From Narcine bancroftii (taxonomy: Eukaryota), in assembly GCF_036971445.1 (NCBI RefSeq), contig NC_091475.1, positions 188,976,001-189,040,000 of the forward strand: a stretch of 64,000 nt of DNA, given 5' to 3'. Every line of letters starts with the position of its first letter. Position 1 is the stretch's first letter. Position numbers and translations under genes: made by a program. The notes beneath the pieces are model-generated. The model saw nothing but the letters and a program-made list of their open reading frames with translations. It was not told the DNA's origin and ran no database searches. Positions 1-12,960 of this stretch are shown here, one piece after another.

Positions 1-224
1 TAATGGAGGTATTTCTTGAATTGTTTTTTTTAGAATTTGCTAAATTCTAGGAGCGTATCAAAGAGTGAAAAACAGCCAATGGGATTTCTTTGTTCAAAAA
101 GGTGCAAAAGAGGTGGGGAATTAGAGGCAAGTCAGTTAGATGCAAACGTCTATAATCAGAGGAGAAAACTAATAATTAAGGATCTAATATAATCAAACCA
201 TGTTTTATGAGAGGTACTTCACAC

Positions 225-1260
225 AATCATGTTTGACAAATTTGTTCAAAATATTTGAGGATGATATTAGTTTTCATATAGATTGAAAAATGATAATCAC
301 AAAAAACAAGGAGATAGAATTAACAAGTCCTTGTCATTTTAGAAGGATATAACTGATAAATACGCCAAGGATAATTTTTATACTCAAATATTTCCTATTT
401 ATAATAATGGCCTTTAAGAAGGAACAAAATAGGTGTCCAAGTTTTCCATCAGCATGACTGTTGGTAGACAGGACATTGTGATTCTGCAATGGAATAGAGA
501 TAATTAAGTGAGTGGGTGAATATCTAGTAAGTGGAGTCCAATGTGGGGAAGTGTAAAGTCATTCACTTCACACAAGGCAGATTCACAAAGGATAATTATT
601 ATCCAAATGGAGCAAGAATTCAAATTAGTGGACTTCAGGAATTCTAGTGCACAAATTACAAAGGATTGGCAAGCAAGTCGAAAAAAATAAGGAGGAAGGC
701 AGATGGCTTGTGGACCTTTATTGAGAAATTGAACAGTAAGGAAATGTTACAGTTGTAAAGGGTGTGGGTGAGGTTTCATTTGGAATTTTGTCCAGACTTT
801 GTTCCTTTACTTAAAAAAGGATATTGTAGCATTGGAGGCAGTCCAGAGGAGATTCACAAAACTAATGCCTGCCAAGGTGGGGTGGGTGGAAAATCTATAA
901 AGAGAGATTGTCAATTTGGGTCTGTAGTTTAGAAGAGTGTGGAGTGATCTCATTCAAACATTTAGGATCCTAAGGGAGCTCGATAGGGGAGTAGTTGAGA
1001 TGTTTTCACTAATGAGAGCATAACAACAAAGTAAGGGGCCAGTCATTTAAAACTAAGGGGCTTATAACTTTTTTCTCTCAGTGAGTTGTAAATCTCTGCA
1101 ATTCTCTGCCCAAGAGTATTGGAGGCCAGATCGTCAGATATATTTGTGGAGGTAGATAAATATTTAAAAGATATAGGACTTGAGAGTTATGGGGACCAGC
1201 CCAGATCAGACTTCAGAGGTTTGAGAAGCCCATGGCCTAATTTTGCTCTTATGTTTTTTT
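225..1260 (+). mobile_element. Decayed CR1-type LINE, RT C-terminal region and 3' tail
   Basis: Degenerate CR1 ORF2 3' motifs (aatgtggggaagtgtaaagtcattcactt; aaggatattgtagcattggaggcagtccagaggagattcacaaaactaatgcctg, ~KDIVALEAVQRRFTKLMP) and a CR1-like tail ggcctaattttgctcttatgtt; many stops and frameshifts. Confidence 0.8.
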
Positions 1261-1504
1261 GTGAATGTTCATCCCCAATAGCCCGTGAACTAGAGTCAAC
1301 TACATAAATTACATTTCATCACAGTCTGGGAGCCAGTGTTCAATTATTTTAGCAATAGCTAAGATACATGACCATTTTTGGTTTAAAATAAAGAAGTTAT
1401 TTTTTAAAATTATAACAATTATTTAGCACAAATATTGTTGGACGATAAGCATCAAAAATAGCAACCCTTACATTTCTGCTGATGAATATAGACTCATACA
1501 TTCA

Positions 1505-1702
1505 TACAACAAATAAAAGAACTGTAAGTAGATAACAAATGTAAACAAACTGCATAGTCAGTTTACAGTTTACAGTTCTTTTATTTGTTTACATGTTTTA
1601 CACTGTGTACAGTTTAATTTTTGCACTCCCAATTAGTGGTAATTCTGCCGCACCCGCAGGAAGAAGGAATCTCAGGGTTGTACTCTGACATGAAATCTGA
1701 AT
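1505..1702 (+). mobile_element. Rex1/Babar LINE 3' UTR fragment with fold-back 5' end
   Basis: Matches the 3' UTR attached to Rex1 RT copies at 15385-15620 and 34215-34420; perfect 20-bp inverted repeat at 1508-1527 / 1570-1589. Confidence 0.7.
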
Positions 1703-2984
1703 GTGAGCAGAGCAGTGTGTATGACTTTAAAGCTTCTATTAAAATTGCAGGGCATTCATTTTTACAGATACTAGTCTAACTGAAAAAAGACTCAAATGGC
1801 ACTCTGACAGGAATGACAAAAAGGAAGTCCTGTACCACTGGCCACATCTTGTTAATGCATAATATACCCAGAAACTAATACACATTGAGAAATAATTTAG
1901 TAGAAAATTGGTCCTCTTTTTATGAGTAGACACGGGATAGTTCATAAGGAAAAAGAAAAAAACATTAAGCTAATGAATAGAGGATCTGGTCTTTACATTT
2001 TGGATCTCGGACTCTATTAACTTTCTTTAAAAGTGTATAAAATTCTACAAATCAAAATATAAATTCAACAACCACAGAGGAATACTTGGGTGTAAAAATG
2101 AAATATGACCTGATTTGAACCCAACCCAAAACTGGGGACTTATAAGTTGTTGATGTGTGAAGCATCCTAAATGCAGGTTTGAATGGGTAGTCATGCTCTG
2201 CAATGATGGCATATGCTGCGAATACATAGAACACAGAAATCTACAGGGTAATGCAAGCCCTTAGGTGATGATCACCAATAACCTACTCTAATAACTGCTT
2301 TCCCCTTCATTTTTCTTAGTTCCATGTAGTATATCATTTAAAAGATCTTATGGCAGCATATTCCATGCACTTACTCTACTAGCTACTTGTGAGCAGTCAA
2401 AACTTACTGTATCCATGTGTATTTGACTCTAAGAGAGCCAGTTTGTTCCAATCCAATACAAAAGACTTTTCTTTATATCTGAGCTGGCCCAAACCTAACA
2501 CGTGCATTTGAATTTCATTGGGCAAACAGGTGGCATTTGAGAAAATCTACTTCATCTGAAATTATTCTATAGGCAAAGAAACAGATTATATATTTTCACA
2601 CAAACATATGTACAATATTCCCAAATGACATAGGAGTCATAAACAAGTGGAGTTTCATCAACATTTGTTAGTTAATTCTGGCTCTCTCCTGGTGTCCTTC
2701 AAAACTCAGAAGTGTTATATATTGGCACCTGTGCCTCAACAGGAAACTTTAAGTACAAGTGAGTTCCGTCTGCTTCACCATGTCACATTCACTGAAATCT
2801 AATTATTGGCACAAACCTATTGACCTTGAAAAGTGGATGTGAGCTGCACCTGCGCTACTAAGTAGATTGACCAACACAATATAAATGTGTGTTTATATCA
2901 TCTTGCAACACTACTAAATTAGAAGCCAGAGTTAAACTTGGAAGTAAATAGACAGCAATGTTAAAAAAGGCCACTGATGTTCAG

Positions 2985-3615
2985 CTCCCACAGTCATCAA
3001 GTTTGCAGATGACACAACAGTCGTTGGCCTCATCCGCAACAACGATGAGTCGCACTACAGAAAAGAGATGGAAAAATCTCATGATATGGTGCGAGAATAA
3101 CAACCTGAGTCTCAATGTGGACAAGATGATTGTGGACTTCAGGAGGACCAGGAATGACCACCCTCCACTACATATTAATAACTCAGTAGTGAAGAGAGTA
3201 CGGAGCACCAAGTTCCTTGGAGTCCACTTAACAAATAACTAACCAGGACACACAATATCTCTCACTTATCAGGAAGGTGCAACAGGAACTGCGCCCTGAG
3301 AAGATTGATTGCGCAAGGCTAATGGCCACCATTCTGTCAACCTTCTACAGAAGCTCTATTGAAAGCTTCCTGGCCAGCTTCATCACAATTTGGTACAGTT
3401 GGTGTAGAGGAGTGGAGCAGAAGTCAATCCTCAAGAGTGGCAGAGAGGATCAATGGAGTCTCCCTCCCTTCTATTGACATAATCTACAGGGATCATTGTC
3501 TGAAGAGGGTGCGCAAAATCATTGAGGATGCCTTGTACCCCACACACAGCATCTTTCAGCTGCTCCTGCCATGAAAAAGATACAGGTGTATCAGAGCCAG
3601 CACCACTGGGCTGTC
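2985..3615 (+). mobile_element. Rex1/Babar LINE fragment (RT C-terminus, DUF1891-like region)
   Basis: Frameshifted KFADDTTVVGLIRNNDESHYR, WCENNNLSLNVDKMIVDFRR, TKFLGVHLTNN, FYRSSIESFL, IYRDHCLKRVRKII. Confidence 0.85.
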
Positions 3616-4931
3616 AAATAGTATATAATACTGGGCAATATTTACACTTTAAGACTGTGGCACATCTAAATAATGAGTCAGAGAGAATTTGCAATCTGGC
3701 AATTGGCAAAGATTTGCTAAATTAACCTCTGCATTTCTACTATCCATAGTTTCTCAAATTTAACTCCTAAATTGCATCAGATCAAAGGTTTGCACATCCC
3801 CACTCAACAAATACACTCTACCCCAACATTAAAAATATATCTTGCAACATGACAATCCTGATGCTGGAATTAATTGATTGAATTAGCCAGTGTCCCAACT
3901 TACCAATGAAACACTCCCTTCAAAAATCGATTTCTACTAGATAGAAGTCGACACTAGAAGTGTCTTTCACTTTTCAAGGCAAAGCACATCACTTAATGTC
4001 ATGAACAACATCTTGCAATAGCTGCAGGATACATAATTCTGCTTGGAATTGCTGCATTCTACAATCATACAAGTTAAACTTTATGATTACTTCTTAGCAT
4101 TTAGGCATCAGTTGCATAATTATAGTATCCTGAGTGGTATGTTCAATACAATTACTGAAATTCAATTTATCTGTACTGTCCACGACAGATTTTGAGGAAG
4201 TAGGAGGTTCCAACTTTTTAATGACATATTGTAGAGAGCTACAAGCGATCTGGATCATGGAGGTTGAGGCTCTCACTGGACTGACATCACAATGGTCCCG
4301 GTGGGAGGGGCTGAAAAGGATCATGGGAGTGGTGCTGATAAGCTCTTGGAGAGCTCCGCTAAAGTCAGTTGGTTGGTTCAACTCACTCACAGCTTCTGTG
4401 TATTTTTTTTTCTTTCGATCGTTGCACAGTGCACCGTCCACAATATTAAACCTAGTTTGCTCTCTCAGGGGGTTGTGAGAAATCCCAAGGCAATATTTTT
4501 ATGATAAGTCGTGTTGTCATCAGTGCATTACCAGCATTTATTATTTTTAAAAGATGTTTCTAAAATATATTATCTCACTACTATCTTGCTGCTATTTGTG
4601 GGTCTGGTGTGTGCAGATTTCCAACTCTGGTAATTATGTTACAACTTTAAAAACAGCTAGGATTTCAAAGAAGCGATATGGTTTCCCTTTTGAGGTATAT
4701 AACTGGTGAGAATTATAGCATTCAAATTTAAGGAAATACACAACGTGCAATCATTGTACCAGTAATATAAATTTACTGTTTTTTTCATTGGTTCAGAATG
4801 CAGGTAAGTGTTGGGGATTTGTTGCAGCAAGAAAATTTACCAATTTCATGTTGTAGAATCTGTGAATTTTCCCTTATAATCGATTTAGGGCAGTCATAAT
4901 GCCAGCAATAAGGTATTCCCATGCACAATAC

Positions 4932-6101
4932 TGTTATTAAAAACGACCCAAATGTCTCCCCATCAGAAATAAAACTATTATTACACTCCCCAGCAGCAAT
5001 TGGGAGGCACACAAACGAATGGGTAAGTTTAACACAAAATGTATTAACGAACTAACAATAATAGAATTAACTCGATAAACTTAACACCCGAACACCAGCC
5101 TTAATGGCAACTCTATATAAATAACATTATTATACAATGTATGTGGACAAAAACCCAGACCATTACGGTTCAGGCTGAAATGCCCCCCAAAAAATCACCA
5201 AAATTTCCAAAACAAAAACACCACGTCAGACACGTCAAGTCTGTCAGTCAAGAAGAAACAGCTCACGGATCCGGTTTCCAGGCTTGGGATTATTTGTTTC
5301 CTTGCCCTTTGTCCTGGTCTTTTAGTTTGAGTTTGGGATCCAGATGACCGTGGTCCCTATAGACTTTCAACCCTGTCAGGGGAACACAAGACTGGCTTGA
5401 GTTTTGAATGTGGCAACAACCACCTTTATGTTCTTCACCTGGGGCATTTTCAATGTCCTCCTGATCGCCACATGAGGTTCATTCTTCCGAAGCCCTCTTT
5501 AGGCTTAACAAGTGACCTTCTGTCACACACGTCTTCTCCTTTGGCTTGAGTGATCCTGTGATTCCTGTCACATGAAGTCCTCCTCTTGAAACGGGATGGG
5601 AAAGGCATTGGTCAGTCCCACACACACGCTGAGTTCCCCAAAATGCTGTCATGACAACACTGCTGACACCCGTGGACAAAGTATCTCAGTCTTCCTTCTT
5701 CCACTGAAACTACTGGGTGAGCACACTGGCATACAGTTCCAGACAGCAGTGCTAGCACCTGTGAACAAAGCAACTCACCGTGTGGCTTGCTGAAGCTGCC
5801 GGGTGAGCACGCACAGTCAATCCAACTATCTGACTGCCTGTAGCCCAATCCACCAAATAATCTCTCAAAAACCAATGCACTGGGCTTTTTAAATTGCCCA
5901 GTGCATGCCTCCAGCTCTTCCCATTGATTCAGAGAGGTTAACAGCTGCAGGCTCGCTCTCCTGCGAGCCCATGGACTTCCAGCATGTGGTTCCTGCGCTT
6001 TGAAACCTGTCAAAGTTCCCTAGTGGTAGCCCAGCGCTATTACAACTCATAGTCATTGTCCTGTCCTCAGTCTAAAATAAAATTGTCCAAGGTCCATAAC
6101 A
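4932..6101 (-). mobile_element. Probable long solo LTR (~1.17 kb)
   Basis: Termini TGTTAT...ATAACA form a perfect 6-bp inverted repeat (TG..CA); non-coding and compositionally distinct from flanks; no TSD found; strand uncertain. Confidence 0.4.
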
Positions 6102-6139
6102 CTGTGCTGAAGTTTTAATTCTCTCCCTTCTTCCAAAAA

Positions 6140-6218
6140 TGGCGGCACGATTAGCATGGTGGCTAACGCAACTATTCCAATCCGGTGGTGTCTGTAAGGA
6201 GTTTGTACGTACTCCCCA
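6140..6218 (+). mobile_element. tRNA-derived V-type SINE 5' fragment
   Basis: ggcggcacgattagcatggtggctaacgc (A-box-like head) followed by tgtctgtaaggagtttgtacgtactcccc (V-domain-like); a related head lies on the minus strand at ~46190-46255. Confidence 0.6.
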
Positions 6219-6514
6219 TAAAACAAATCAGAAATTCATGGAATACACCAGGATGAGTGCCAATGGATGGTATTGTAGTGTTAATCCATGCTCATTTGGC
6301 TATACAAAGTGACTGACATAAATACAAAATATTTCATTCTCTCTTGTAGATATTAATTATATGATGCAGCCTAGAATCATTCGAAAATGGTATTTTAATG
6401 CTACATGTTTAACTTAAACTGCATTTTAAAAATTGTGCTGGTACAAGAGAATTTGGCCTTTGTTAAAATCTTTATGTTTTCAGAAATAAGTGGTTTAAAA
6501 AAATGTTATTTATG

Positions 6515-6800
6515 TAGCAAAGATAAAGATACATAATCAATGTTTTGGATCTGAGCCCTTCATCAAGGTATGAGCAAACATGCAAAAAGCAGGAAGGTGC
6601 CTGACTAAAATGGTGAGGGCAGTGGTAGGGGGAGCAGCAAAGGCAAGAGAACAGAGGTGTATATGTGTGGGAGGGCATAAAAGAAAAAAGGCTGAGAAGT
6701 GATAAAGGGAGGGCATAATTGAATGGAAAGGAGATAGAAAGCTGGAGGAAAGAAGACAGAGGGATGGGGAAGAGAGGGAGGCTGGGGAGTAGCCAAATAG
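6515..6800 (-). mobile_element. Penelope-like element pLTR fragment with hammerhead-like core
   Basis: Reverse complement reads ccTTGATGAagggctcagatccAAAAcatt after a pyrimidine-rich tract; same family recurs about ten times and abuts GIY-YIG coding sequence at 45550-45730. Confidence 0.7.
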
Positions 6801-7304
6801 CATATCCATTTGTAATCCGCTGAATATGACAATCTGAATTATGACTTTTCTCAACAAGCCCTGGTTAGTAAGACTCAGCAGTTATAACATTTGCTTATTT
6901 TGATTTCATCTCATTTTAAGTTTCAAATCACATAGCAAATAACTGATATGGAAACATTTTGAAAGAAGCTAACTGATCAAGACCAGCATAGATTCAAAGG
7001 GATAGAACTGCAGGTAAAGGACCAAAAGCAGCAGTAAGACAGAGGTTCATTCATCCATTCAACAAGACTGAAGCTTCCTAGGTAACTTCTTCTTTGGCAA
7101 CCCCATATGGTCGGGGATAACTTACTATATTTCCATTCCAGTTCCATGGGTTATGAAGAATCCTCTCCAGGATCTGTTGACACACAGGTGAAGCATATAC
7201 TAGTTGATAAGTTGAATTGCTGTCATCCTGCTCTTTGTACATGAAGCCCATGCACTCCTGCTAATGATACACTTTATCTGCTCTTTACCTTGCGTGGGCA
7301 TAGG

Positions 7305-8105
7305 CCAGGATTATATCTTACCCCACAGAAACTAAATAGACTGAAATCAGATTTATCAGTTAAATGTTTTCGGTGTAATCAAGGGTATTTTTTACACTCC
7401 ACATGGTCTTATCCAAAATTGAGACTATTTTGGATGGAATTAGGAGCATTTTTAGAATGGGTCACTAAAAAATTAAATTTCCTCAAGATCAAATGCTTTT
7501 TTTTAAAATTAGTTAATATATCAGGGGTAAGACTAAAATTGAAACTTAATTTGTTCCAAAAGGAATTTGTGAAAATTGCATTAGCAGTCGCAAGAAAATA
7601 TATAGCAGTGACATGGAAATCAGATTTGCATTTGGGAATGGACAGATGGCATGCTGGAATACATAGTTATATACCTTTTGAGAAAAATACATGTCATTTA
7701 AGAAATAAATAGATACTTTTTTTTAAAAGTTTGGTGCCCATATTTACATATTGTAGGTATTAGTTTATGAAAGGGATCCCCTGAACCTCAGAGAACCTTC
7801 TCAACTCCTTGGAATTAGTACAAGATTAATAACGTAAAGGTAAAAGTTGACTGAATGTATTGAAATTTTAGTAACCAGATGTGTTTCTTTCCTCCTTTTT
7901 TCTTACTTTCTTTTTTCATTTCTAACTTTCTTTCTTCCCTTTTTGTTTTTCTGGTCTTTTGGGTTATTATTTGGGGGGAAGGGTGGGAAGGGTTCAAGGG
8001 TATATAAGAGCATGTATTATATTGATTTGGAATGTATGATGGATATTTTTCTGTATTTGAACATTAATGCATGCATGGAAATGTAAATAAAATATTTAAA
8101 AAAAG
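7305..8105 (+). mobile_element. 5'-truncated L1-type LINE (ORF2 C-terminal Cys-rich region, 3' UTR, A-rich tail)
   Basis: LYLTPQKLNRLKSDLSVKCFRC..FLHSTWSYPKLRLFW...ALAVARKYIAVTWKS, homologous to 55605-56100; ends aataaaatatttaaaaaaa. Confidence 0.85.
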
Positions 8106-8374
8106 AGTTCATGAGGATATTTCACTTCTTCATTTAACTTGTGGTTTCTATTTATGTTGTGATCTTGGCAAATGACATCATCAGTTGTTTCACCCAGTGC
8201 CTGATTTTAGAAGTATTTTTCCATCAAACAGTAATTTGATTTTATTTAAATTTAATGCTTATTGTATTTCCGATTTTTCACTGAAACCTTTAACCATGCC
8301 ATCACCTAGCACAATATCAATATTTCTTCCATACACTTCAACTTAATAAAGTTAAACAGGAAAGTCTGCAGATG

Positions 8375-8520
8375 CTGTGACTGTAGTACAATAAACAAAA
8401 GTGCTGGAAACTCAGCAGGTCACACAGCGTTCATAAAAAGCAAAGGGCATATTACCAAAGATTTGGGCCTGAGCCCTTCATCAAGTTATGAGCAAAAACC
8501 AGGTAGGTGCCTGAATAAAA
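8375..8520 (-). mobile_element. Penelope-like pLTR fragment
   Basis: aacaggaaagtctgcagatgctgtgactgtagt...gggcctgagcccttcatcaag, closely matching 23798-23960. Confidence 0.7.
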
Positions 8521-8959
8521 ATGCAAATCAACTTAATAAAAAGAGTTTAGCCAGATTTATCTGGCACAAGTCTTATCATCCAGAATTAATGTATATTAAT
8601 GCCCCAAAACCTCATATTTAAAATGTTGTTTTGATATTGCTTTATAACTCATGTTATTTAATTCTGTGCAACATATTCCAGCCATATAATTATCCACATC
8701 ACCTTCCCCAACAATTAAACTTTTTTTCTCATTCAGATATCTGCATACTAATTGGCTCAACCGGCTATCCCTCCATCAGTCATGCCACTCCATTTCCCCT
8801 TAGCAATTCATTTTGAATCAACTAGATTTGTCACTCTTGAGTTCTAAATTCAAACTCATCTGCTTGTCAACCTCATTTTTTCATTCAGAATAACCTTGAA
8901 TGTGACATCTCTTAGTATCTCCATCGAATACCAGTAACAAATGTTTTTAGTCAACAATC

Positions 8960-9140
8960 ATCAGGCACTTCCTTCCATCATAAAGTTAGAAGTGGGAATG
9001 AATGCTGATGGCTGTACACTATTCAAATCCATTTCCAACTCCTCAGTAAATACTGCCGGCCATACCTATGTGCAGCAAGACAGATACAATTCAGGCACTG
9101 GCTGCTAAATAACAAATAATATACGTTTCCCACGTGCTGG
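8960..9140 (+). mobile_element. Old CR1/L2-group LINE RT fragment
   Basis: Reads LPSIIKLEVGMNADGCTLFKSI, a degenerate FADD region, followed by a QQD..IQA-like segment. Confidence 0.55.
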
Positions 9141-9887
9141 GTGATGACACGCTGAAAGTGGTTGCTTGCCTTTCAGCTCGTTAAAGAGAAATCTCTGGTC
9201 TGCAGAGGACTGTGCACCCAAAACACAGTATCCATGTTATCCAATGTAGGATTTGTCAACACATAAAATTGCTCCCTACTTGTGTCCAACACTGATGCAC
9301 CCTCACTCTGCTGGCAATGGTGCATCAAGAGCCCAGTATCTCACTGCTAAGCAGCTGCACATTTGTCCCAGCCTGCCCAAAATCAGCCCTCCTTTTTGGC
9401 CTCTGTGTACTGCCTTGGTGGTTCACTTCACACTCACAAAAGTGGCCGCCGAGGACATGATTTAACACTAACTGCCTGGCCTAGATCCGCAGAATGACAA
9501 CAGATGTATTTTTAAAAAATAAATATGGGTATGTGCTAGTAAGTGCTTGTAAGTGTACAGACCTAACAACTCATGGGGTAGCATGAAGCACGGTACCAGT
9601 GTGTTCAATATGATGGCTCGCTGCTTTCGCCACATTTTTTCATAAAAGCAAATATCCTTTTGAAAAAGCAAATACAGGTTTATTCGTAAAAGCGTATTTG
9701 CGCAAAGCGAGTATTTGTAAAGTGGGGTATACCCGTATTATAGTAGTTTTTAAAGAATAGTGCTTTTGTGGTTAAACGTTTTGACGAGAACTTAGGGGCA
9801 GAAATATCTGTGAATGTTCAGGACGTGGTGTATAATGTATGTCATATTGCAAATTGTCAGAATATTTAACTGAGAGGCTAATGAATA

Positions 9888-10523
9888 CTGTATTTGATGG
9901 CATATAAGTCCCCTCATTTCAGCAGGGAATATTAAGAAATTTTTTTAGTGCATTTATGGGTAAGAATTTAATGTTATTGAAATATGTAGCTGCAGTATTG
10001 CAGAAAAAAACTTGGACAAAAAATGCAACTAGGACAACAGGAAAAATCTTTTTAATAACAATACTGCTGTAATTTCTAAGAGAAAACAAAAGCAGTTGAG
10101 CTATTGCAGAAAACATTTTAGAAAAACAAACTGCCGCGCTGGTCCCAGTGCCACGACCTCTCAGGGGTGGATGGGATGTGGGGCTGTGGGATCAGTGTGG
10201 GGACTGGTGGTGGCCTGTTGGGGGGTGAGCGGGACAGTGGTACCAGTGTAGGGACCAACAGCCTGCCAGCAGGTGCCACACTAATCCCACTGCCCCACTC
10301 CAACTCCCCCCCACAACAGCCTGCCAGCAGGTGCCACACTAATCCCACTGCCCCACTCCAACCCCCCCCCCACCCAACAACAGCCTGCCACCAGTGACAA
10401 TGTTCATTGTCAGCGTTACTCACCATTATCACCCTAATTTCAACTTCACATATAAGTCCCGGAGTATATGTTTGAGCCGTATTTTTTGGTAAAAAGGAGG
10501 GTCTTATATGCCATCAAATACAG
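9888..10523. mobile_element. Tc1/mariner-superfamily (pogo/Tc2-like) MITE, 636 bp
   Basis: 25-bp TIRs ctgtatttgatggcatataag(t/a)ccc (24/25 match), TA on both sides (9886-87, 10524-25), internal GC-rich ~58-bp tandem duplication at ~10255-10390. Confidence 0.9.
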
Positions 10524-10993
10524 TAATTCTAAAATCCTAGGTAATGTATATGAATAGGAACACAACAGTAAAAGAATAATTTTAATTCAATTAACTTTTT
10601 CTTGGTGTACTGTTGTGGTGGCCCACGTCCGTGGCAATTGAGCCAACGCTCTGGGCGGTGAGCACAACCAAAGGCCAGCAGCCCACACAGTGGCACTGGC
10701 CCAACAAGCGAACTGGCGGGTGAATAGCAAGACCAGCGACCCCAAAATGGCGCTGGCCTTGCTGCAAACCAAGAGACAGGGAAAGAACGTGGGGAAGAAG
10801 GGCATTGTTATTCAGGAAAGTACCCGTGTGTGGGAAACCCGCTTTTGTTATGCATGTTGTGACATCAGCCAAGGGAAGCCATGGTGGGAAAAATGCAAGT
10901 ACAAAAGTCGAGCCTGAGCCCTAATAAAACTCAGAGCTTAACCTGACAACACTATGTGTGTGTATCTTCTTTCGAGTAGCGTATGGCTACAAT

Positions 10994-11007
10994 TGGTGAC
11001 CCCGACG
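10994..11007 (+). other. Primer-binding site complementary to tRNA-Trp 3' end
   Basis: TGGTGACCCCGACG, 2 nt after the LTR terminal CA; complement of vertebrate tRNA-Trp ...CGUCGGGGUCACCA. Confidence 0.9.
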
Positions 11008-11156
11008 GTTTAGACGGCATCAGTAATGAGCGTGCAAGCAGTAGTCAACGCAGTTACTCTCAAGCTGCTGACCTTCTGGATGAATCAACCACGTGTGTGG
11101 TTTGATCAGGCTGAGGCACAGTTCCAGATCTGGAAGATCACAGCAGAATCCACCCA

Positions 11157-11790
11157 TGTAGGCAGCCGCTTCTCTTGGCTGTCTGCACCTTCTACATCCA
11201 CTGTACTTGCTACGATGATATTGCACATGCCAGAGACCCAGCGAAGCGCGCTGGTTGAAAAAGGAGACAGAGCCTGGTTGATGGTGGACGCCATTTCCAG
11301 GGGCTCTTGTTATACATTGTATTGTTGAATTACTAAAGCATTTGTCTGAGGTTGTGTTATCTGGTTATTCGATGCATCAACAAACATGGTGTGAGAAGAG
11401 GGATATGGCTGAGAATTGGTGCATATTCGAACTAGAATACAACATTTTCATTGCGACAGCGCATAGTAATAAATCTGCCCAAGTCAAAGCATACATTTTA
11501 CTAAATTTATTGAGCTCTGAGGCCATCGAAAGGGAAAGGTCATTTGTATATGCAAAAGAGTTGCGTGAAGGGGATATCATTATCAACCCTGCTGAGTCAA
11601 GAGAGGACCCCAAGTATTTAAAAAGAAAATTTTGAGAAATGTGTAATCCACAAAAGAGCTTAATGATTGAAAGGCACAGATTTAATACCAGAAACCAGAG
11701 GCCCGGCAGCGACCTAAAAATCAGGGCAAGGGCCTGTGACTTCGGATCGTTCTGTGATGAATCAATTAAAGACAGGATGGTCTGCGGTGA
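11157..11790 (+). mobile_element. Nested second-family Gypsy remnant (putative LTR, PBS-Leu, gag)
   Basis: ...caacaaaca followed by TGGTGTGAGAAGAGGGAT (16/18 to tRNA-Leu(CAG) PBS) at 11387-11404; gag AENWCIFELEYNIFIATAHSNKSAQVKAYILLNL homologous to 38868-39071; left boundary uncertain. Confidence 0.8.
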
Positions 11791-12149
11791 AAGTACAAAC
11801 CCAACTTTTGCCCTGGCTAAGATCTCGGATATCAGGTTGACCCACCAGCAACAACACCTGTCTTACTTCTCGGACTACAGATATAAGGCACATCTCCGGC
11901 AAGGACAACATAATAGATAATGCACAGTCCAGGCAAAGTATCCATGCATTATCAAGGGGAGTGGACTTCATGGCACTGGCAGAGGTGCAGCAGAAATATG
12001 AGGAGATGCCCCAGTACAGGATGGCCATATCGGGATTGCAGCTCCAAGACATCCCAGTCGGCACAGGTAACAGCACCCTCCTGTGCCACGGGTCAGGTCA
12101 GACCCATTGTCTCGGCGGCTTGGAGATGACATGAGATGGCATGTTTTTG

Positions 12150-12960
12150 ACTCCATCCATGGACTGGCTCACCCATCCATCAGGCCAGTGGGTGGGCGAA
12201 GGCATGCATGCAGTGCCAAATAACCAAGGAACAGCAGCTCACCAAGACCCCACTTTCGCACTTCGAGCCTGCAGGATGAAGGTTCAACCACATCCACGTG
12301 GACATAGTAGGGCCCCTGCCAGTATACCAGGGTTTCCACTATCTGTTCACAATGGTTGACTGCTTTACCAAGTGGCCAGAAACAGTCCCACTGACAGACA
12401 CATCCACAACCTCGTGCACCAGGGCCCTCATATCGTTCTGGGTAGCATGGTTCAGGTTACCGTCCCACATCACATCCGACAGAGGGGCCCAGTTCACCTC
12501 CAGTCTATGGTCTGACCTCGCCAGCCTGTGGGGTGCATCACACATCAGCTTAACACCCACAGTCTATTGGGTTGGTAGAGTGCTTCCACAGGCACCTCAA
12601 AACTACGCTTATGATCAAAATCCAAGGACCCACCTGGGTAGACGAGCTACCATGGGCACTGTTGGGCATCCGCACGGCACCCAAGGAGGACCTCAATACC
12701 TTTTCAGCCATACTTGTTTATGGAGCTCCACTAGTGGTCCCGGGAGAATTCATACCATTCCCAAACAGACAACACGATGACTCTGCAGCATTCCTTATCA
12801 GGCTAAGGGAAAGAGTCGGCAACCTGGCCCCACATTGTCCATAACTTCAGGTGCTATACGAGGGTCCTTTCTAGGCCATCTGCAACAACGGGGCCACGTT
12901 CGAGCTGGAGTTCGGAGGCAAGACAGAGGTCTTCACCACAGACAGGCTGGAGCCAGCACA
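12150..12960 (+). pseudogene. Gypsy integrase, frameshifted
   Basis: rve-type motifs DIVGPLP, SDRGAQFTSSLW, VECFHRHLKTTL, LPWALLGIRTAPKEDL split over several frames. Confidence 0.9.

Noticed and set aside
4094-4504. Overlapping 114-115 aa ORFs in apparently unique DNA
   Set aside because: No recognisable motif or convincing splice sites; length is within chance expectation.
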